Source: Spirochaetia bacterium (lineage in GTDB: Bacteria; Spirochaetota; Spirochaetia; DSM-16054; Sediminispirochaetaceae). Taken from it: 64,000 bases of DNA. Of the stretch, positions 43,016 to 54,939 are shown one piece after another. A model generated the notes under the pieces. The model had not been told where the DNA came from. It saw nothing but the letters and a program-made list of their open reading frames with translations, and searched no databases. The position numbers and the translations under genes were made by a program. Numbering within the stretch: position 1 is the stretch's first letter; each line of letters begins with the position of its first letter. The stretch spans positions 544,001-608,000 of the forward strand of contig JAXHMY010000001.1 of NCBI GenBank assembly GCA_034520965.1. Direction: 5' to 3'.

Positions 43016-44308
43016 GTGAGCACCAATGAAAACAAGAAAGAGAGCCGTCTACAAGCGGGGCTGCAGTCCACTAATGAGTTCAATCAACCGTTAAAGGGAA
43101 ACAGTCTATATAAAGATGCATGGCGCCGGCTTAAAAGAAACAAAATGGCCATTGCCGGATTGATTGTGGTAGCTCTTTACAGCCTGATTGCACTTTTAGC
43201 ACCGGTTCTTCCGATCTACTCTTACAAAGAGCAGCAAATGAGCCATATCCATCTGCCGCCCTCCTTTTCCGAAACTGCGGGCGAGCAGATGCTGGAACGA
43301 AAGATTATTGAACTCACCACGCTGGCAGCCAAGGATGGACGTGTCGAATGGACCGAAGAGGACCAGAGGCTGATAGACCAGACAATCGAAGAGGCCCGGG
43401 AAAGATACACAGATCCCTCCTCCGCCGGCGGTGAAAAACTTACTCGAAAGGAGAAGGATGCAATTGCCGATGCCGAGCGCTCTGTGCGACGGGCACGGCG
43501 TGACATCGCTGTTGAAGAAGGCCGGGTAAGCCTCAACGAAGAAGAAAAGGCCGAGCTGGAAGCAATGCACCGGCAAATAGCTTCTGAAACAGAGGTAATC
43601 GACGGCGAAGAGGTTAAAGTGCATGAGCGCAGGTACCTCTTTGGAACCGATTATCTGGGACGCGATATGCTGGCCAGAACTATCTGGGGCGGCCAGATGT
43701 CGATTGCCATCGGGCTGATAGGTGGAATAACCTCTGTGCTCCTCGGCCTGTTTTTCGGCGCTATTGCCGGCTATGTGGGCGGTAAAACCGATTATATCAT
43801 TATGCGTATAGTCGACATCATGTACAGCATGCCGTATATGATGCTGGTGATAATTCTAATGGCCCTGTTCGGCCGCAGTATCCTGCTTATGTTCCTAGCC
43901 CTTTCTTTAGTAAGCTGGCTTACGGTCGCCAGGGTGGTACGTGGACAGATCATATCTCTAAAGAACTCAGAGTATGTTGAAGCGGCCCGTTCTATGGGCG
44001 CAAGTTCAACCAGAATTATTTTCCGGCACTTGGTCCCGAATACTTTTGGAATCATTATTGTATATACTACCCTAAGGATTCCCGTATTTATTCAGATGGA
44101 AGCGTTTCTCTCCTTTCTAGGGCTCGGTATTTCAGCCCCTTATGCATCCTGGGGTTCTCTAATCGGAGATGCGGTAGAGGGGATGCGGGCCTACCCCTGG
44201 CGCTTGTTCTTTCCAGCCATTGCTATGACAATCTTCCTGTTCGCCATGAACTTTCTAGGCGACGGACTGCGGGATGCATTCGATCCGCAGAGTAAAAATA
44301 AACTGTAA
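43016..44308 (+). CDS. oppC: Oligopeptide ABC permease with a large charged insertion
   Basis: AWRRLKRNK, FGTDYLGRD, EYVEAARSMG, GDGLRDAFDP. Confidence 0.95.
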   Translation: MSTNENKKESRLQAGLQSTNEFNQPLKGNSLYKDAWRRLKRNKMAIAGLIVVALYSLIALLAPVLPIYSYKEQQMSHIHLPPSFSETAGEQMLERKIIELTTLAAKDGRVEWTEEDQRLIDQTIEEARERYTDPSSAGGEKLTRKEKDAIADAERSVRRARRDIAVEEGRVSLNEEEKAELEAMHRQIASETEVIDGEEVKVHERRYLFGTDYLGRDMLARTIWGGQMSIAIGLIGGITSVLLGLFFGAIAGYVGGKTDYIIMRIVDIMYSMPYMMLVIILMALFGRSILLMFLALSLVSWLTVARVVRGQIISLKNSEYVEAARSMGASSTRIIFRHLVPNTFGIIIVYTTLRIPVFIQMEAFLSFLGLGISAPYASWGSLIGDAVEGMRAYPWRLFFPAIAMTIFLFAMNFLGDGLRDAFDPQSKNKL

Positions 44309-44330
44309 GTTTCAAGAGAGGAACGACTAC

Positions 44331-45323
44331 ATGAGTGAAGAAAAGCTACTACAAGTCGAAGACTTGAAGACATACTTTAAAACCGACGAAGGGACAGTAA
44401 AAGCGGTCGACGGAGTCTCCTTCTCCTTAGGACGCAAGGAATCGCTGGGAATCGTAGGAGAATCCGGTTCCGGTAAATCGGTGACTAACCAGTCATTGCT
44501 GCGCTTAATCCCGTCACCTCCCGGCAAAATAGTGGGGGGAAGTGTAAAACTGGAAGGGGTAGATATCCTAAAACTGCCTAAATCGAAATTAAGGAATATC
44601 CGTGGGAACAAGATCTCTATGATCTTTCAAGACCCAATGACCAGCCTTAACCCCTTTTTAAAGATTTCCACCCAGATGATCGAAACAATTATGCTTCACC
44701 AGCATGAAGATAAAAAAACCGCACGGGAGCATTCAATTGAAATGCTGCGGATGGTGGGCCTCCCTAAGCCGGAGAGGCGCATCGACAACTATCCGCACCA
44801 GTTCTCCGGTGGTATGCGACAGCGCGTAATGATCGCAATGGCCCTCAGCTGCAAACCCCAAGTGCTTATCGCCGACGAGCCGACTACCGCGTTGGACGTG
44901 ACTATCCAAGCCCAAATTCTGGAAATTATGCAGGACTTGTCCGATCGTCTCGGCACCGCCCTAATAATGATTACCCACGACCTGGGAGTGGTGGCCGGAC
45001 TGTGCGACCGAATTGCGGTTATGTACGCCGGTCGAATTGTAGAAGATGCGGACACCGAATCGCTGTTTGAAGAGCCGAAGCACCCCTATACCCAGGGACT
45101 AATAAGCTCTGTACCCCGTCTGGACAAAAAAACCGGCAAAAAGCTGTCGTCTATTCCTGGACAGCCACCAAACCTTATCGACCTGCCGGATTGCTGCCCC
45201 TTTTACCCCCGCTGTCCACACGTCATGGATATTTGTAAAATAAGTATCCTGTCGAGGTGAAGCGAGGTAAAAACCGAAGCCGGCTCATCCACCCGCAGAG
45301 TCAGTTGCTGGCTCTATTCATGA
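44331..45323 (+). CDS. oppD: Oligopeptide ABC ATPase, frameshift near the 3' end
   Basis: [35 protein letters not shown]. Confidence 0.95.
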
Positions 45324-45336
45324 GGAGTTTGAATAC

Positions 45337-46359
45337 ATGAAACATGATGTGTTACTAGAAACAAAAGATCTTAAAATGCACTTCCCGATCGAAGATGGAA
45401 TCACTTTTGAACGTAAAGTCGGGGCAATCCGAGCTGTGGACGGGGTGGACCTTACCCTGCGTAAGGGAGAAACCCTTGGCGTTGTCGGTGAATCGGGCTG
45501 CGGTAAATCTACTACCGCCCGCGCAATTTCTCAGCTGTACCAGCCTACTTCCGGTGAGGTAATTTTTGAGGGTACCGAACTGACGAAACTTAGCCAATTT
45601 GAGCTGTTAAAGACAAGACGTCAAATTCAGATGGTGTTTCAAGACCCGTATGCTTCACTTAACCCCCGGATGATAGTAAATGATATTATTCGTGAGCCCC
45701 TGGACATCTACCGGAACCGCCGGCTGCTGGATATGGACCGCAAAGAAATGGAAGCAAAGGTAGAGGATCTGATGGAACGGGTCGGCCTCTCCCGTAACTT
45801 CAAAAACCGGTATCCCCATGAGTTCTCCGGAGGTCAGCGCCAGCGCATCGGCATTGCCCGTTCACTGGCGCTCAATCCGCGGGTAATTCTGGCGGATGAG
45901 CCGGTCAGCGCCCTGGACGTGTCTATACAGGCTCAGATTCTGAATCTGTTCCTCGAGCTGCAGGAAGAGTTCGACCTCACTTATATGTTTATTGCCCATG
46001 ACTTATCGGTAATTGAGTACGTCAGTAACCGGGTTGCCGTGATGTACCTTGGAAAAATTGTGGAAATTGCCGAGAGCAAGAGCCTCTATAAACAGCCCCT
46101 GCACCCCTATACCAAGGCGCTGTTCTCTGCAGCTCCGATTCCCGATCCAAAGGTAGAGCGTACCCGGAAGCGGATTGTACTGGAAGGGGACGTTCCCGCC
46201 CCGGATCAAGAGCGCTTCGGCTGTTATTTTTATGACCGTTGTCCGCACCGGATGGATGTGTGTAAAAAGAATGTTCCGGAACTACTCGATGTGGATACCG
46301 ACCACAAGGTAGCCTGCTACCTCTATTTTACCCAGGAGCAGAAGTCTCGGCTGAACTAA
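45337..46359 (+). CDS. oppF: Oligopeptide ABC ATPase
   Basis: [27 protein letters not shown]. Confidence 0.95.
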   Translation: MKHDVLLETKDLKMHFPIEDGITFERKVGAIRAVDGVDLTLRKGETLGVVGESGCGKSTTARAISQLYQPTSGEVIFEGTELTKLSQFELLKTRRQIQMVFQDPYASLNPRMIVNDIIREPLDIYRNRRLLDMDRKEMEAKVEDLMERVGLSRNFKNRYPHEFSGGQRQRIGIARSLALNPRVILADEPVSALDVSIQAQILNLFLELQEEFDLTYMFIAHDLSVIEYVSNRVAVMYLGKIVEIAESKSLYKQPLHPYTKALFSAAPIPDPKVERTRKRIVLEGDVPAPDQERFGCYFYDRCPHRMDVCKKNVPELLDVDTDHKVACYLYFTQEQKSRLN

Positions 46360-46397
46360 CAGCTCCGCCGCCTAAACCATTAGGCGTAAGCCACCGT

Positions 46398-46943
46398 TCA
46401 AACTTCTGAGTGGTAGGGAATACCCATGAAGTCGGAAATTTCGGCGGCCTTGCTCTGCAGGGCCGCCCTGTTTTTGTTCTCGGTTATTTCAATGTCCTTT
46501 TTCTCACCGCTGTTGAAAACCAAACTGAGAGTAAGCAAATCCTTCTGAAAAAAACGCCTTTTCTTTATCTGACCGGAGCCTTCCTGCTGGGAGTCTCTCT
46601 GGCCGACGGGAACACTTCCGGTGCGGAAGGCCTTCACCTCCAAACTTTCAATATCTGAAACGGAGTAATTCTTACGGACGGCAATTAGCAAGAGCCCGTG
46701 CCGATGCTCAACCAAGCCATCATGCTTGTGAAAGTACCAGCTTTCATTGTACAGGGCTATCCCTGCAAAAACCACAATTAGAATCGTGGGGACCAGACCT
46801 CCCCCCTCTTGCGAAGTACTTACCTGCATGCTCGCAAAGATAATGGCTGCAAAAACAGCAAATGCCGCCCTAAAACCCCAATGCAGTTTTAGGGCAAGGG
46901 TCTGTCCATCAAGTTCTTTTATTGCAAATGTCAGTTTGAACAT
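46398..46943 (-). CDS. Hypothetical membrane protein (2 TM plus soluble domain)
   Basis: Two hydrophobic segments; overlaps the upstream gene. Confidence 0.7.
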   Translation of the reverse strand: MFKLTFAIKELDGQTLALKLHWGFRAAFAVFAAIIFASMQVSTSQEGGGLVPTILIVVFAGIALYNESWYFHKHDGLVEHRHGLLLIAVRKNYSVSDIESLEVKAFRTGSVPVGQRDSQQEGSGQIKKRRFFQKDLLTLSLVFNSGEKKDIEITENKNRAALQSKAAEISDFMGIPYHSEV

Positions 46944-47878
46944 GTTGTATCCTCGACATCTACACTTAGAGAATAACGACGTCCAAATTCCCGGAAGCCC
47001 CGCTCCTCTAAATCGTCCTGCAGAAATAGGGTCTTTCCAAGCAGCTCAATTACAATCTGGCTAACCCCGTTCCTGGCGGCGATTTCTGTGGCTCGGTCTA
47101 TAAACAGGCGCGAAAGCCCTAGTCCGCGAAATTGGGGCTCAACATAGATATACCGCAAATCCAATACTGTACTGTATTGTGACGCAACATAGGTACCCAG
47201 GATACAGCCGGCGAACTCTCCCAGGGGCGTCTCGGCATACAGGACCTCTTTATGTTCATCCTCCCGGCAGCCATTCAATTCTGTATCAAGCAAATAATCT
47301 TTCAGCGCCACAGAAATGTCCTGTACCGATTCATTTTTGGCCTTGATAGCCGTCTCTTCAATTTTGTCTTTCCATCGCCCCATTCCACTCTGGATGAGAA
47401 AATCGCTTAACACAAGATCTTCTGTTTCCTCCGGTTCTTCGCTCAGTCGACTTAAGGCTACCGAATCGGTGACAGCTGCATACCAATCCCACACCACTTG
47501 ACGCATCTCCCGCTCTTTAAAGGTAAACCACTGCCGTTCCAGGGGCTCATACCGCTTCAATACATCCTTAAAACGGCGAAAGACACCGCGCCCGCCGTTC
47601 AAGGCATCCCGCATCTCCTGCCGGTAAATAGGGTTTTTGATAAATGCAACAAAGCGCTCCATTAAATAGAACCCGTCAACGGGACGCCAATTCGGCAGGT
47701 CAACAAACCGCTCTTCACTCTCCTCCTGCTCCGTGACAACCGATTCATTGGAGTGAACTAAAACTCCCTCTTTGAGATCAAACAGATAATCCGCCTGTTG
47801 ATTCTCCATTCCGAAGATTATCTGGTCGATTACCTCTTCTGTCAGCTCCGCCGGACGGATTTCTTTATTCTCTGCCAT
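46931..47878 (-). CDS. UPF0158 domain fused to a GNAT acetyltransferase
   Basis: LPNW..DGFYLMERF..GRGVFRRFKDVL; IYVEPQFRGLGL. Confidence 0.8.
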   Translation of the reverse strand: MAENKEIRPAELTEEVIDQIIFGMENQQADYLFDLKEGVLVHSNESVVTEQEESEERFVDLPNWRPVDGFYLMERFVAFIKNPIYRQEMRDALNGGRGVFRRFKDVLKRYEPLERQWFTFKEREMRQVVWDWYAAVTDSVALSRLSEEPEETEDLVLSDFLIQSGMGRWKDKIEETAIKAKNESVQDISVALKDYLLDTELNGCREDEHKEVLYAETPLGEFAGCILGTYVASQYSTVLDLRYIYVEPQFRGLGLSRLFIDRATEIAARNGVSQIVIELLGKTLFLQDDLEERGFREFGRRYSLSVDVEDTTCSN

Positions 47879-47892
47879 ATGTACTGATCTCC

Positions 47893-49593
47893 TTATTTGG
47901 GAAGAACTTCATTCTTCTGTAATTCCTTCATTGTTTCCTCAACTTCCTCAATTTTAACCAGCCGGCTCTGTCGAGTGTAGCGATTATAAAACTCTACTGT
48001 ATCCTCGCGGTTGCGTTTTGAAGATAGCACAATTCGATAGGGTATACCCAGAAGCTCCGCATCCTGAAATTTTACCCCCGGGGACTCTTTACGATCATCT
48101 AAAAGAGTGTCTGCATGAAATTTTTCGTATATGTTATCCACTTTTTGCCGTACTGAGTCGCTCTTACCAATGCCCATTAAAAAGAACCGGTACGGTGCCA
48201 ATTCGCTGGGCCACAGGATGCCCCGTTTATCGTGCAGTTGCTCTGCAATAGCTCCCATAAGACGACCGATACCAATACCATAAGAGCCCATAAAGGGATA
48301 AACCTTTTTGCCATTCTCCTCTTGAAAATAGAGTCCCATGGAGCGGGAATAAAAGTCCTCCAGTTTAAAAATATTACCCAACTCCAATGCCCGGATTTCT
48401 TGCAATGAACCACCGCACTGAAGACACTTGTTCTCAGGCTTTATCATGGAAATGTCCGCCACATGAGAGGACTCAAAATCACGTCCAAAGTTCGCATTTT
48501 TTAGATGTACCCCCTCTTTATTTCCGCCGATTACCAAATTAGTAGATTTGGCTACCGTACCGTCCACTACCAGCGGCATAGAACTGTTCAGATCAATCGG
48601 GGAAAGATATCCGGGAACAAACCCTAGCCGCTCAACATCCTGCTGGTCGGCCTTCTCAAGAACCGGCTCACCCAGAAAGCGGGCAAGCTTCTCTTGGCTC
48701 ACCTCGTGATCTCCTCTGACCACAGCCATCACCAAGCCACTCATGGTTTTAAAGATCATTGTTTTTGCCAGCTTGTGTTTCTCGACCCCAAGAAAGAGTG
48801 CAAGCTCTTCCATTGAAGTGCAGCCGGGAGTATCAACCGACTCAAGCTCCAGGGGAGTATCGGTATGAAAATCTTTAAGTCCCATCGCTACGCTTTTGTT
48901 AGCCCGATACCCACATTGAGGGCACTCAACCAGCAGGTCATCTCCAATACTGCTGGGAACCATAAACTCAAAGGCCTTCTCCCCCCCCATATAGCCGACA
49001 CCAGATTCAGCAGGCAACACATCCAGACCACAACGCTCAAAAATTCGCTGATATGCTGCAAATACCTTAGGAAAAAAATTATTCAAATCCGAAGCAGAAC
49101 GATGGAAAGAATAGGCGTCTTTCATCAGAAACTCTTTTGTGCGAATTAGGCCGTTTCGTATACGCTCTTCGTCTCTAAATTTTATCTGAAACTGATACAT
49201 AAAGGCGGGCAAATCACGGTAAGAACGAAGCCCCATGCGCACTAGGTCAACAAAAGCTTCTTCGTGGCTGGGTGCTAATACCATATTGTGGCCGTGGCGA
49301 TCTTGAAACCTCACCATATCATTGCCCACCAGCCGGTCCCGCCCGCTCCTGTGCCAAAGCTCAATCGAGTTTACCAGAGGGACACTAACCTCCTGACCAC
49401 CTAAGGCCTCTATCTCCTCACGTATAATCCGTTTGATATTCCGCACTACCCGGTTTCCAAGGGGCAGGTAAGAAAAGAGGCCGTTCCCATTGGAACGAAC
49501 AAATCCACCGCGAAGTAAAAAGGCGTAACCCTCACTCTTTACCCCATGATGCACGTTACGCAATGTTTTCCCGAATAGCTGAGTATATTTCAT
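47893..49593 (-). CDS. proS: Prolyl-tRNA synthetase (bacterial type with editing domain), divergent
   Basis: KFRDE..R.GLIR..EFLMKDAYSFH, GNIFKL, MGSYGIGIGR. Confidence 0.88.
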   Translation of the reverse strand: MKYTQLFGKTLRNVHHGVKSEGYAFLLRGGFVRSNGNGLFSYLPLGNRVVRNIKRIIREEIEALGGQEVSVPLVNSIELWHRSGRDRLVGNDMVRFQDRHGHNMVLAPSHEEAFVDLVRMGLRSYRDLPAFMYQFQIKFRDEERIRNGLIRTKEFLMKDAYSFHRSASDLNNFFPKVFAAYQRIFERCGLDVLPAESGVGYMGGEKAFEFMVPSSIGDDLLVECPQCGYRANKSVAMGLKDFHTDTPLELESVDTPGCTSMEELALFLGVEKHKLAKTMIFKTMSGLVMAVVRGDHEVSQEKLARFLGEPVLEKADQQDVERLGFVPGYLSPIDLNSSMPLVVDGTVAKSTNLVIGGNKEGVHLKNANFGRDFESSHVADISMIKPENKCLQCGGSLQEIRALELGNIFKLEDFYSRSMGLYFQEENGKKVYPFMGSYGIGIGRLMGAIAEQLHDKRGILWPSELAPYRFFLMGIGKSDSVRQKVDNIYEKFHADTLLDDRKESPGVKFQDAELLGIPYRIVLSSKRNREDTVEFYNRYTRQSRLVKIEEVEETMKELQKNEVLPK

Positions 49594-49791
49594 ATTGACC
49601 CCATAATACTTTGCACAAAATATGGGGTCAAGCTCTTATGACCCGTCCGTTCTAAAGTCCAAGTTAAAGTATAGGCTTTACTCTCCTCTTGACCTTAAAA
49701 ATTTTGTATCTGAATTTTTACTTAAATTTTTCAAATTTAGAACTCCCGTCTTGATTTTCTTTTGAATAAATAAGATAGTACAGCTATCTAA

Positions 49792-51129
<1,338 letters not shown>

Positions 51130-51163
51130 GGGCCTTTCAGAACTAATCTCACATTTTGTAAGA

Positions 51164-51201
51164 TAGAGCTGCCGATTACATATACGGCAGCTCTTTTTTT
51201 T
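51164..51201 (+). terminator. Intrinsic terminator after eno
   Basis: AGAGCTGCCG-loop-CGGCAGCTCT followed by a T-run. Confidence 0.9.
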
Positions 51202-51282
51202 GTGCGGCTTTTAGGTTGAGTTTTTAGGACAGCATTTTATGGTGGGTATCCTGTGGCTCAAAGTCCATTCTGCGGCTCCGAG

Positions 51283-51576
51283 TCAATAGGCAACTGAAAA
51301 CTGGGTATATTTTCCGGTATAAGCTGTGCGATTTACATTTACATTTACAATATGGGCGCTGGGCGGCCCCTTGTTACACCACTTGATGAATTCATCTACC
51401 CGTTCACGGTCACCCTCACAGAACACAGTAACCGAACCGTCATACTCATTTTTTACCCAACCCGTCACATTGTATCGCCGGGCAGCTTTTATGGCGGAAT
51501 AGCGAAAGCCCACACCCTGTACCCGGCCTTCAATGTTGATTTTACACGCTATTTTTCTGTTTTCTTCCGTCTGCAT
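51283..51576 (-). CDS. acyP: Acylphosphatase
   Basis: GRVQGVGFR, GWVKN..DGSV, GPPSA. Confidence 0.95.
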   Translation of the reverse strand: MQTEENRKIACKINIEGRVQGVGFRYSAIKAARRYNVTGWVKNEYDGSVTVFCEGDRERVDEFIKWCNKGPPSAHIVNVNVNRTAYTGKYTQFSVAY

Positions 51577-51586
51577 ATTACAAACT

Positions 51587-51940
51587 CTATGGAAACAGCT
51601 CTTCTATTCGACTAGCTAACTCTTTATAGTCAAATGGTTTGTACATAACTTCAAAGGGTATGGAAAATTCGGGACGTAAAAAGCCGCTGGTTATAATTAC
51701 TTGCTTGTCACTACAGAAACTAGCAAGAAATTTGATCCAGTATTCGCCTCCAAAAATATCCATACGGTAATCGGAGATTATGACTGCTATATCATGATCT
51801 AACAGCTGCTTTATTGCACCCACTCCATCGGAGGCAACCAACACGGAGAAACCATGATTCTGCAGGTAATCCCGTAGAGTGAGCCGTATTGCATCCTCAT
51901 CTTCAACAATTAGAATGTATTTAGTCTGTTTTTCAGCCAT
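51587..51940 (-). CDS. Single-domain response regulator
   Basis: ILIVEDE, ISDYRM, TSG, KPFD. Confidence 0.9.
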   Translation of the reverse strand: MAEKQTKYILIVEDEDAIRLTLRDYLQNHGFSVLVASDGVGAIKQLLDHDIAVIISDYRMDIFGGEYWIKFLASFCSDKQVIITSGFLRPEFSIPFEVMYKPFDYKELASRIEELFP

Positions 51941-52545
51941 CAGACCCCTCGCACGGCCAAAAGGTCCTGCATCGTCTTGGTAAGATTGTCAAAATCGAGG
52001 GGTTTAGGAAAAAAGGCATCTGCCCCTTCTGAGAGTATCTTCTCTCCTTCACTCTCTTCATCTAAGCCGCTAATTGAAATAATGAGAGGCGAGGCCAGAT
52101 TCGTATCACTTTTAATTTTCCGACACAAGGAGTGGCCGTCTATGCCCGGAAGATCAATATCAAGAATAATAACCGAGGGTTTTTCTTCACTTAGAAGACG
52201 TCCGGCTTCGAAACCGTCAAAGGCTTGATACACGCTGTGTCCATCAAACTTCTTTTCCAGGATGTTTTTAAGCATTTCGTTGAGGTCCTGATCATCATCC
52301 ACGATGAGAATCTTCTTGCTTTTCTGCCCTGTTATTTCCAGCAGCTCGCCAGGTACGCGCATACCACGGCTCTCCAGAAACTCAAGCAGATCCTCAGCAT
52401 AGATACGGTATTGTCCGCCCGGTGTAGTGAATGCCTTGAGATGGTTGTTTTTAATCCAGTTAATTGCGGTTTGATTCACAACTCCGCAAATGTTTGCCAC
52501 TTCAAGCGCGGAGAAAATTCTTACCTTTTTTCCATTTTTTGCCAT
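51940..52545 (-). CDS. Response regulator with N-terminal excisionase/MerR-like HTH
   Basis: FSALEVA..NWIK..TPGGQYRI; ILIVDDD, LDIDLP, KPLD. Confidence 0.9.
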   Translation of the reverse strand: MAKNGKKVRIFSALEVANICGVVNQTAINWIKNNHLKAFTTPGGQYRIYAEDLLEFLESRGMRVPGELLEITGQKSKKILIVDDDQDLNEMLKNILEKKFDGHSVYQAFDGFEAGRLLSEEKPSVIILDIDLPGIDGHSLCRKIKSDTNLASPLIISISGLDEESEGEKILSEGADAFFPKPLDFDNLTKTMQDLLAVRGV

Positions 52546-52609
52546 TTTGTATCCTCTCTTTTTTTACACCAATCAGATATGAATCATTGTAACAAAAATA
52601 TCCAATATG

Positions 52610-53299
52610 TCAACGTAATTCGTCATAATATTGAAAAAATTTGCTAATACTGTAATTATTTATCTGCTTCCACGAAAAACCGCGATACAGCAGCATCCTA
52701 ATAAACTTATCACGATCGCCCTGTGATTTCTTGATACTTTTTTCTGTTGCCTGCTCCAGTGCCTGTTGCCTAGCTTCCGCACTATATTCCCTGGAAAGCA
52801 CATCTTCAATAATCTCATCGGCAACCCCCTTTTGCGTGAGTGCCGCCTTCAACTTGGTAGGTCCTTCAGATTTTCTACGGATGCGGTTTCTAATCCAGAA
52901 CTCTGCAAATCGACGATCGTCCAATAATTTAGAATTCTGATATGCGTCCAGGGCCTTGGTTATGGTGTCCTTTGAAAATTGGCGTTTCTGCAGCTTGTTT
53001 GCTAACTCGAACCTCGAGTGCTCACGCCGGCTCAACAACTCCGCCACCTTGTATTTGGCTGACAAGAGCTCATCAGCAGCACTCAACTGTTCAAGGAGTA
53101 CATCATCAACTTCTAAATCAATTCGAAGGTGAAGCTCCACCAGCGTATAGGGGGGGACAAAAAAAGAGGAGCTGTCGGAGAGGAGTACTTGTACATACTC
53201 CCCCGAAGCTCCCTCTTTGAATGCGGTAATGTGTGGGTTAACGTTTTGAGAACTGGAACTTTCTGCGTGCACCACGCTGACCATACTTCTTACGTTCAA
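52610..53299 (-). CDS. recX: Regulatory protein RecX (true start uncertain)
   Basis: [23 protein letters not shown]...L..KGV, RGFS. Confidence 0.85.
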   Translation of the reverse strand: MNVRSMVSVVHAESSSSQNVNPHITAFKEGASGEYVQVLLSDSSSFFVPPYTLVELHLRIDLEVDDVLLEQLSAADELLSAKYKVAELLSRREHSRFELANKLQKRQFSKDTITKALDAYQNSKLLDDRRFAEFWIRNRIRRKSEGPTKLKAALTQKGVADEIIEDVLSREYSAEARQQALEQATEKSIKKSQGDRDKFIRMLLYRGFSWKQINNYSISKFFQYYDELR

Positions 53300-53636
53300 C
53301 CATACGTGAATCTCGGGTCATAAAACCGTTGGCCTTCAGCGAAGGCTGATTGGTTTCGTCGTACGCTACCAGCGCACGTGAGAGGCCGTGTCGGGTTGCT
53401 CCGGCCTGACCGGTAGGACCACCGCCTTTTACATTTACCATCACATCAAACTTAGTCAGCGAATCAGTTGCATCCAGGGGCTGCTTCACCACATAAGTGA
53501 GCCCCGGGTTCTTAAAATACTCGCCGACATCTTTGCCGTTTACTACAATTTTACCGTTACCTTCACGGAGAAATACCCGTGCTACGGAGGTCTTTCTTCT
53601 TCCTGTTCCTAATGCAAGATTTGCTTTGCTATCCAC
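53238..53636 (-). CDS. rpsI: 30S ribosomal protein S9
   Basis: [33 protein letters not shown] start after GGAG. Confidence 0.98.
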   Translation of the reverse strand: MDSKANLALGTGRRKTSVARVFLREGNGKIVVNGKDVGEYFKNPGLTYVVKQPLDATDSLTKFDVMVNVKGGGPTGQAGATRHGLSRALVAYDETNQPSLKANGFMTRDSRMVERKKYGQRGARRKFQFSKR

Positions 53637-53652
53637 GTTTATCTCTCCTTCC

Positions 53653-54087
53653 TCATATTTCCAGTTTTTCAGGCATCTGGGCGGTATGGGGATGACTGGG
53701 CCCCGCATATACCTTCAGATTTTTGTAGAGCTTGCGTCCAAGGGGGCCTTTGGGAAGCATTCCCCATACAGCCCGTTCCATTGGATAGACAGGCTTTTTC
53801 ACAATCATTTTCTCAAAACTCTCTCCGGTAATACCACCGGGATACCCGGAGTGCCGGTAATACATTTTTTGGTTTGCCTTGCGGCCAGTCAGCTCGACTT
53901 TGTCGGCATTGATCACGATTACATAATCACCCATTTCCTGATGATTCATGAACTCGGGCTTATGTTTTCCTCGCAGAACCGATGCAATTTTTACTGCCAC
54001 CCGGCCAAGCCGCATACCAGTTGCATCTACCACATACCATTTCCGTTCAATCTTATCAGGTTTTACATTAATTGTCTTCATACCCAT
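53653..54087 (-). CDS. rplM: 50S ribosomal protein L13
   Basis: WYVVDA, LGR, LRGKHKP, HSGYPGG, GMLPK. Confidence 0.98.
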   Translation of the reverse strand: MGMKTINVKPDKIERKWYVVDATGMRLGRVAVKIASVLRGKHKPEFMNHQEMGDYVIVINADKVELTGRKANQKMYYRHSGYPGGITGESFEKMIVKKPVYPMERAVWGMLPKGPLGRKLYKNLKVYAGPSHPHTAQMPEKLEI

Positions 54088-54117
54088 TCCTCTATATTAA
54101 ACTTTACGCGTGTATTA

Positions 54118-54186
54118 CTATTAAGAAAATAGTCGAATACGACTATTTTTCTCGTTTCGGTTGCCGCACAGCGGCATGCGAAACTA
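54118..54186 (+). repeat. Double-hairpin dispersed repeat, copy 3 (upstream of rplM, reverse orientation to the gene)
   Basis: CTATTAAGAAAATAGTCG-AATA-CGACTATTTT..GTTTCGGTTGCCGC-ACA-GCGGCATGCGAAACTA. Confidence 0.9.
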
Positions 54187-54275
54187 TCTAAAGACGTAGA
54201 CAAGTGTGGAGCATCTTTTCATATTTCGATGTGAATGTCAAGACCGAGGGAAATAACGGGGGTCGGCCTTTCTGA

Positions 54276-54539
54276 TTATCTCTCTACCTTGTCGTTAGAT
54301 ACGGAGACTTCATTCTCCTGTGTATCCGCCTCTGCTTTCTCCTTCTTCTCTTCTATTCTATCGCGTATATCGGCAATTCCAATCAGTACTGCAACTAATC
54401 CGATAAACAATGCTAACACAGGAATGCCGCCTTGCAGAAAATCTATCACATAGGGCCACCATTGCAAAGCCCATTCAAAAGGAAGCACGGAGTATACGGT
54501 GAACAATAAAATCAGAATACCTATAATCAATGCCGTCAT
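54276..54539 (-). CDS. Small 2-TM membrane protein
   Basis: Two hydrophobic helices, acidic tail, GAGGAG RBS. Confidence 0.75.
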   Translation of the reverse strand: MTALIIGILILLFTVYSVLPFEWALQWWPYVIDFLQGGIPVLALFIGLVAVLIGIADIRDRIEEKKEKAEADTQENEVSVSNDKVER

Positions 54540-54607
54540 ACGCTTCTCCTCTCTTGTGTTACCCCTATAATATTCATATTCTGTTCAACGTCAATACACC
54601 AGAGCTG

Positions 54608-54910
54608 CTATTCACCATGTCTACTGCGTAAGAGCATGACCAGAAAGCCGATACCAAACAGCAGAAGGGGTAAGTTCCTAAGAATAACCTCGACTCTGAT
54701 AAGATCCGGGTAAATAAATACGTTGGAGGAGACAACACCAAATAACTGCAGGGTTGAATAGATAATCTCGCCGTATTCAACGATTACTCCCATAATTACC
54801 AACATCCAGGCAATATCACGGGTTTTCGCCCATAAGAGTATCGCCAGAAAAGTGGCGACAGCCCCAGCAGACAGCCGTACAATAATACTGATAAGATCTA
54901 CCGTTTCCAT
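54608..54910 (-). CDS. Small 3-TM membrane protein
   Basis: Hydrophobic 100-aa ORF with AGGAG RBS. Confidence 0.75.
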   Translation of the reverse strand: METVDLISIIVRLSAGAVATFLAILLWAKTRDIAWMLVIMGVIVEYGEIIYSTLQLFGVVSSNVFIYPDLIRVEVILRNLPLLLFGIGFLVMLLRSRHGE

Positions 54911-54939
54911 GGCTACTCCTTTTTCTAAAACTCTATTTC

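Noticed and set aside
54118..54186. Ribosomal protein L13 autoregulatory leader
   Set aside because: The same sequence occurs at unrelated loci and in the opposite orientation
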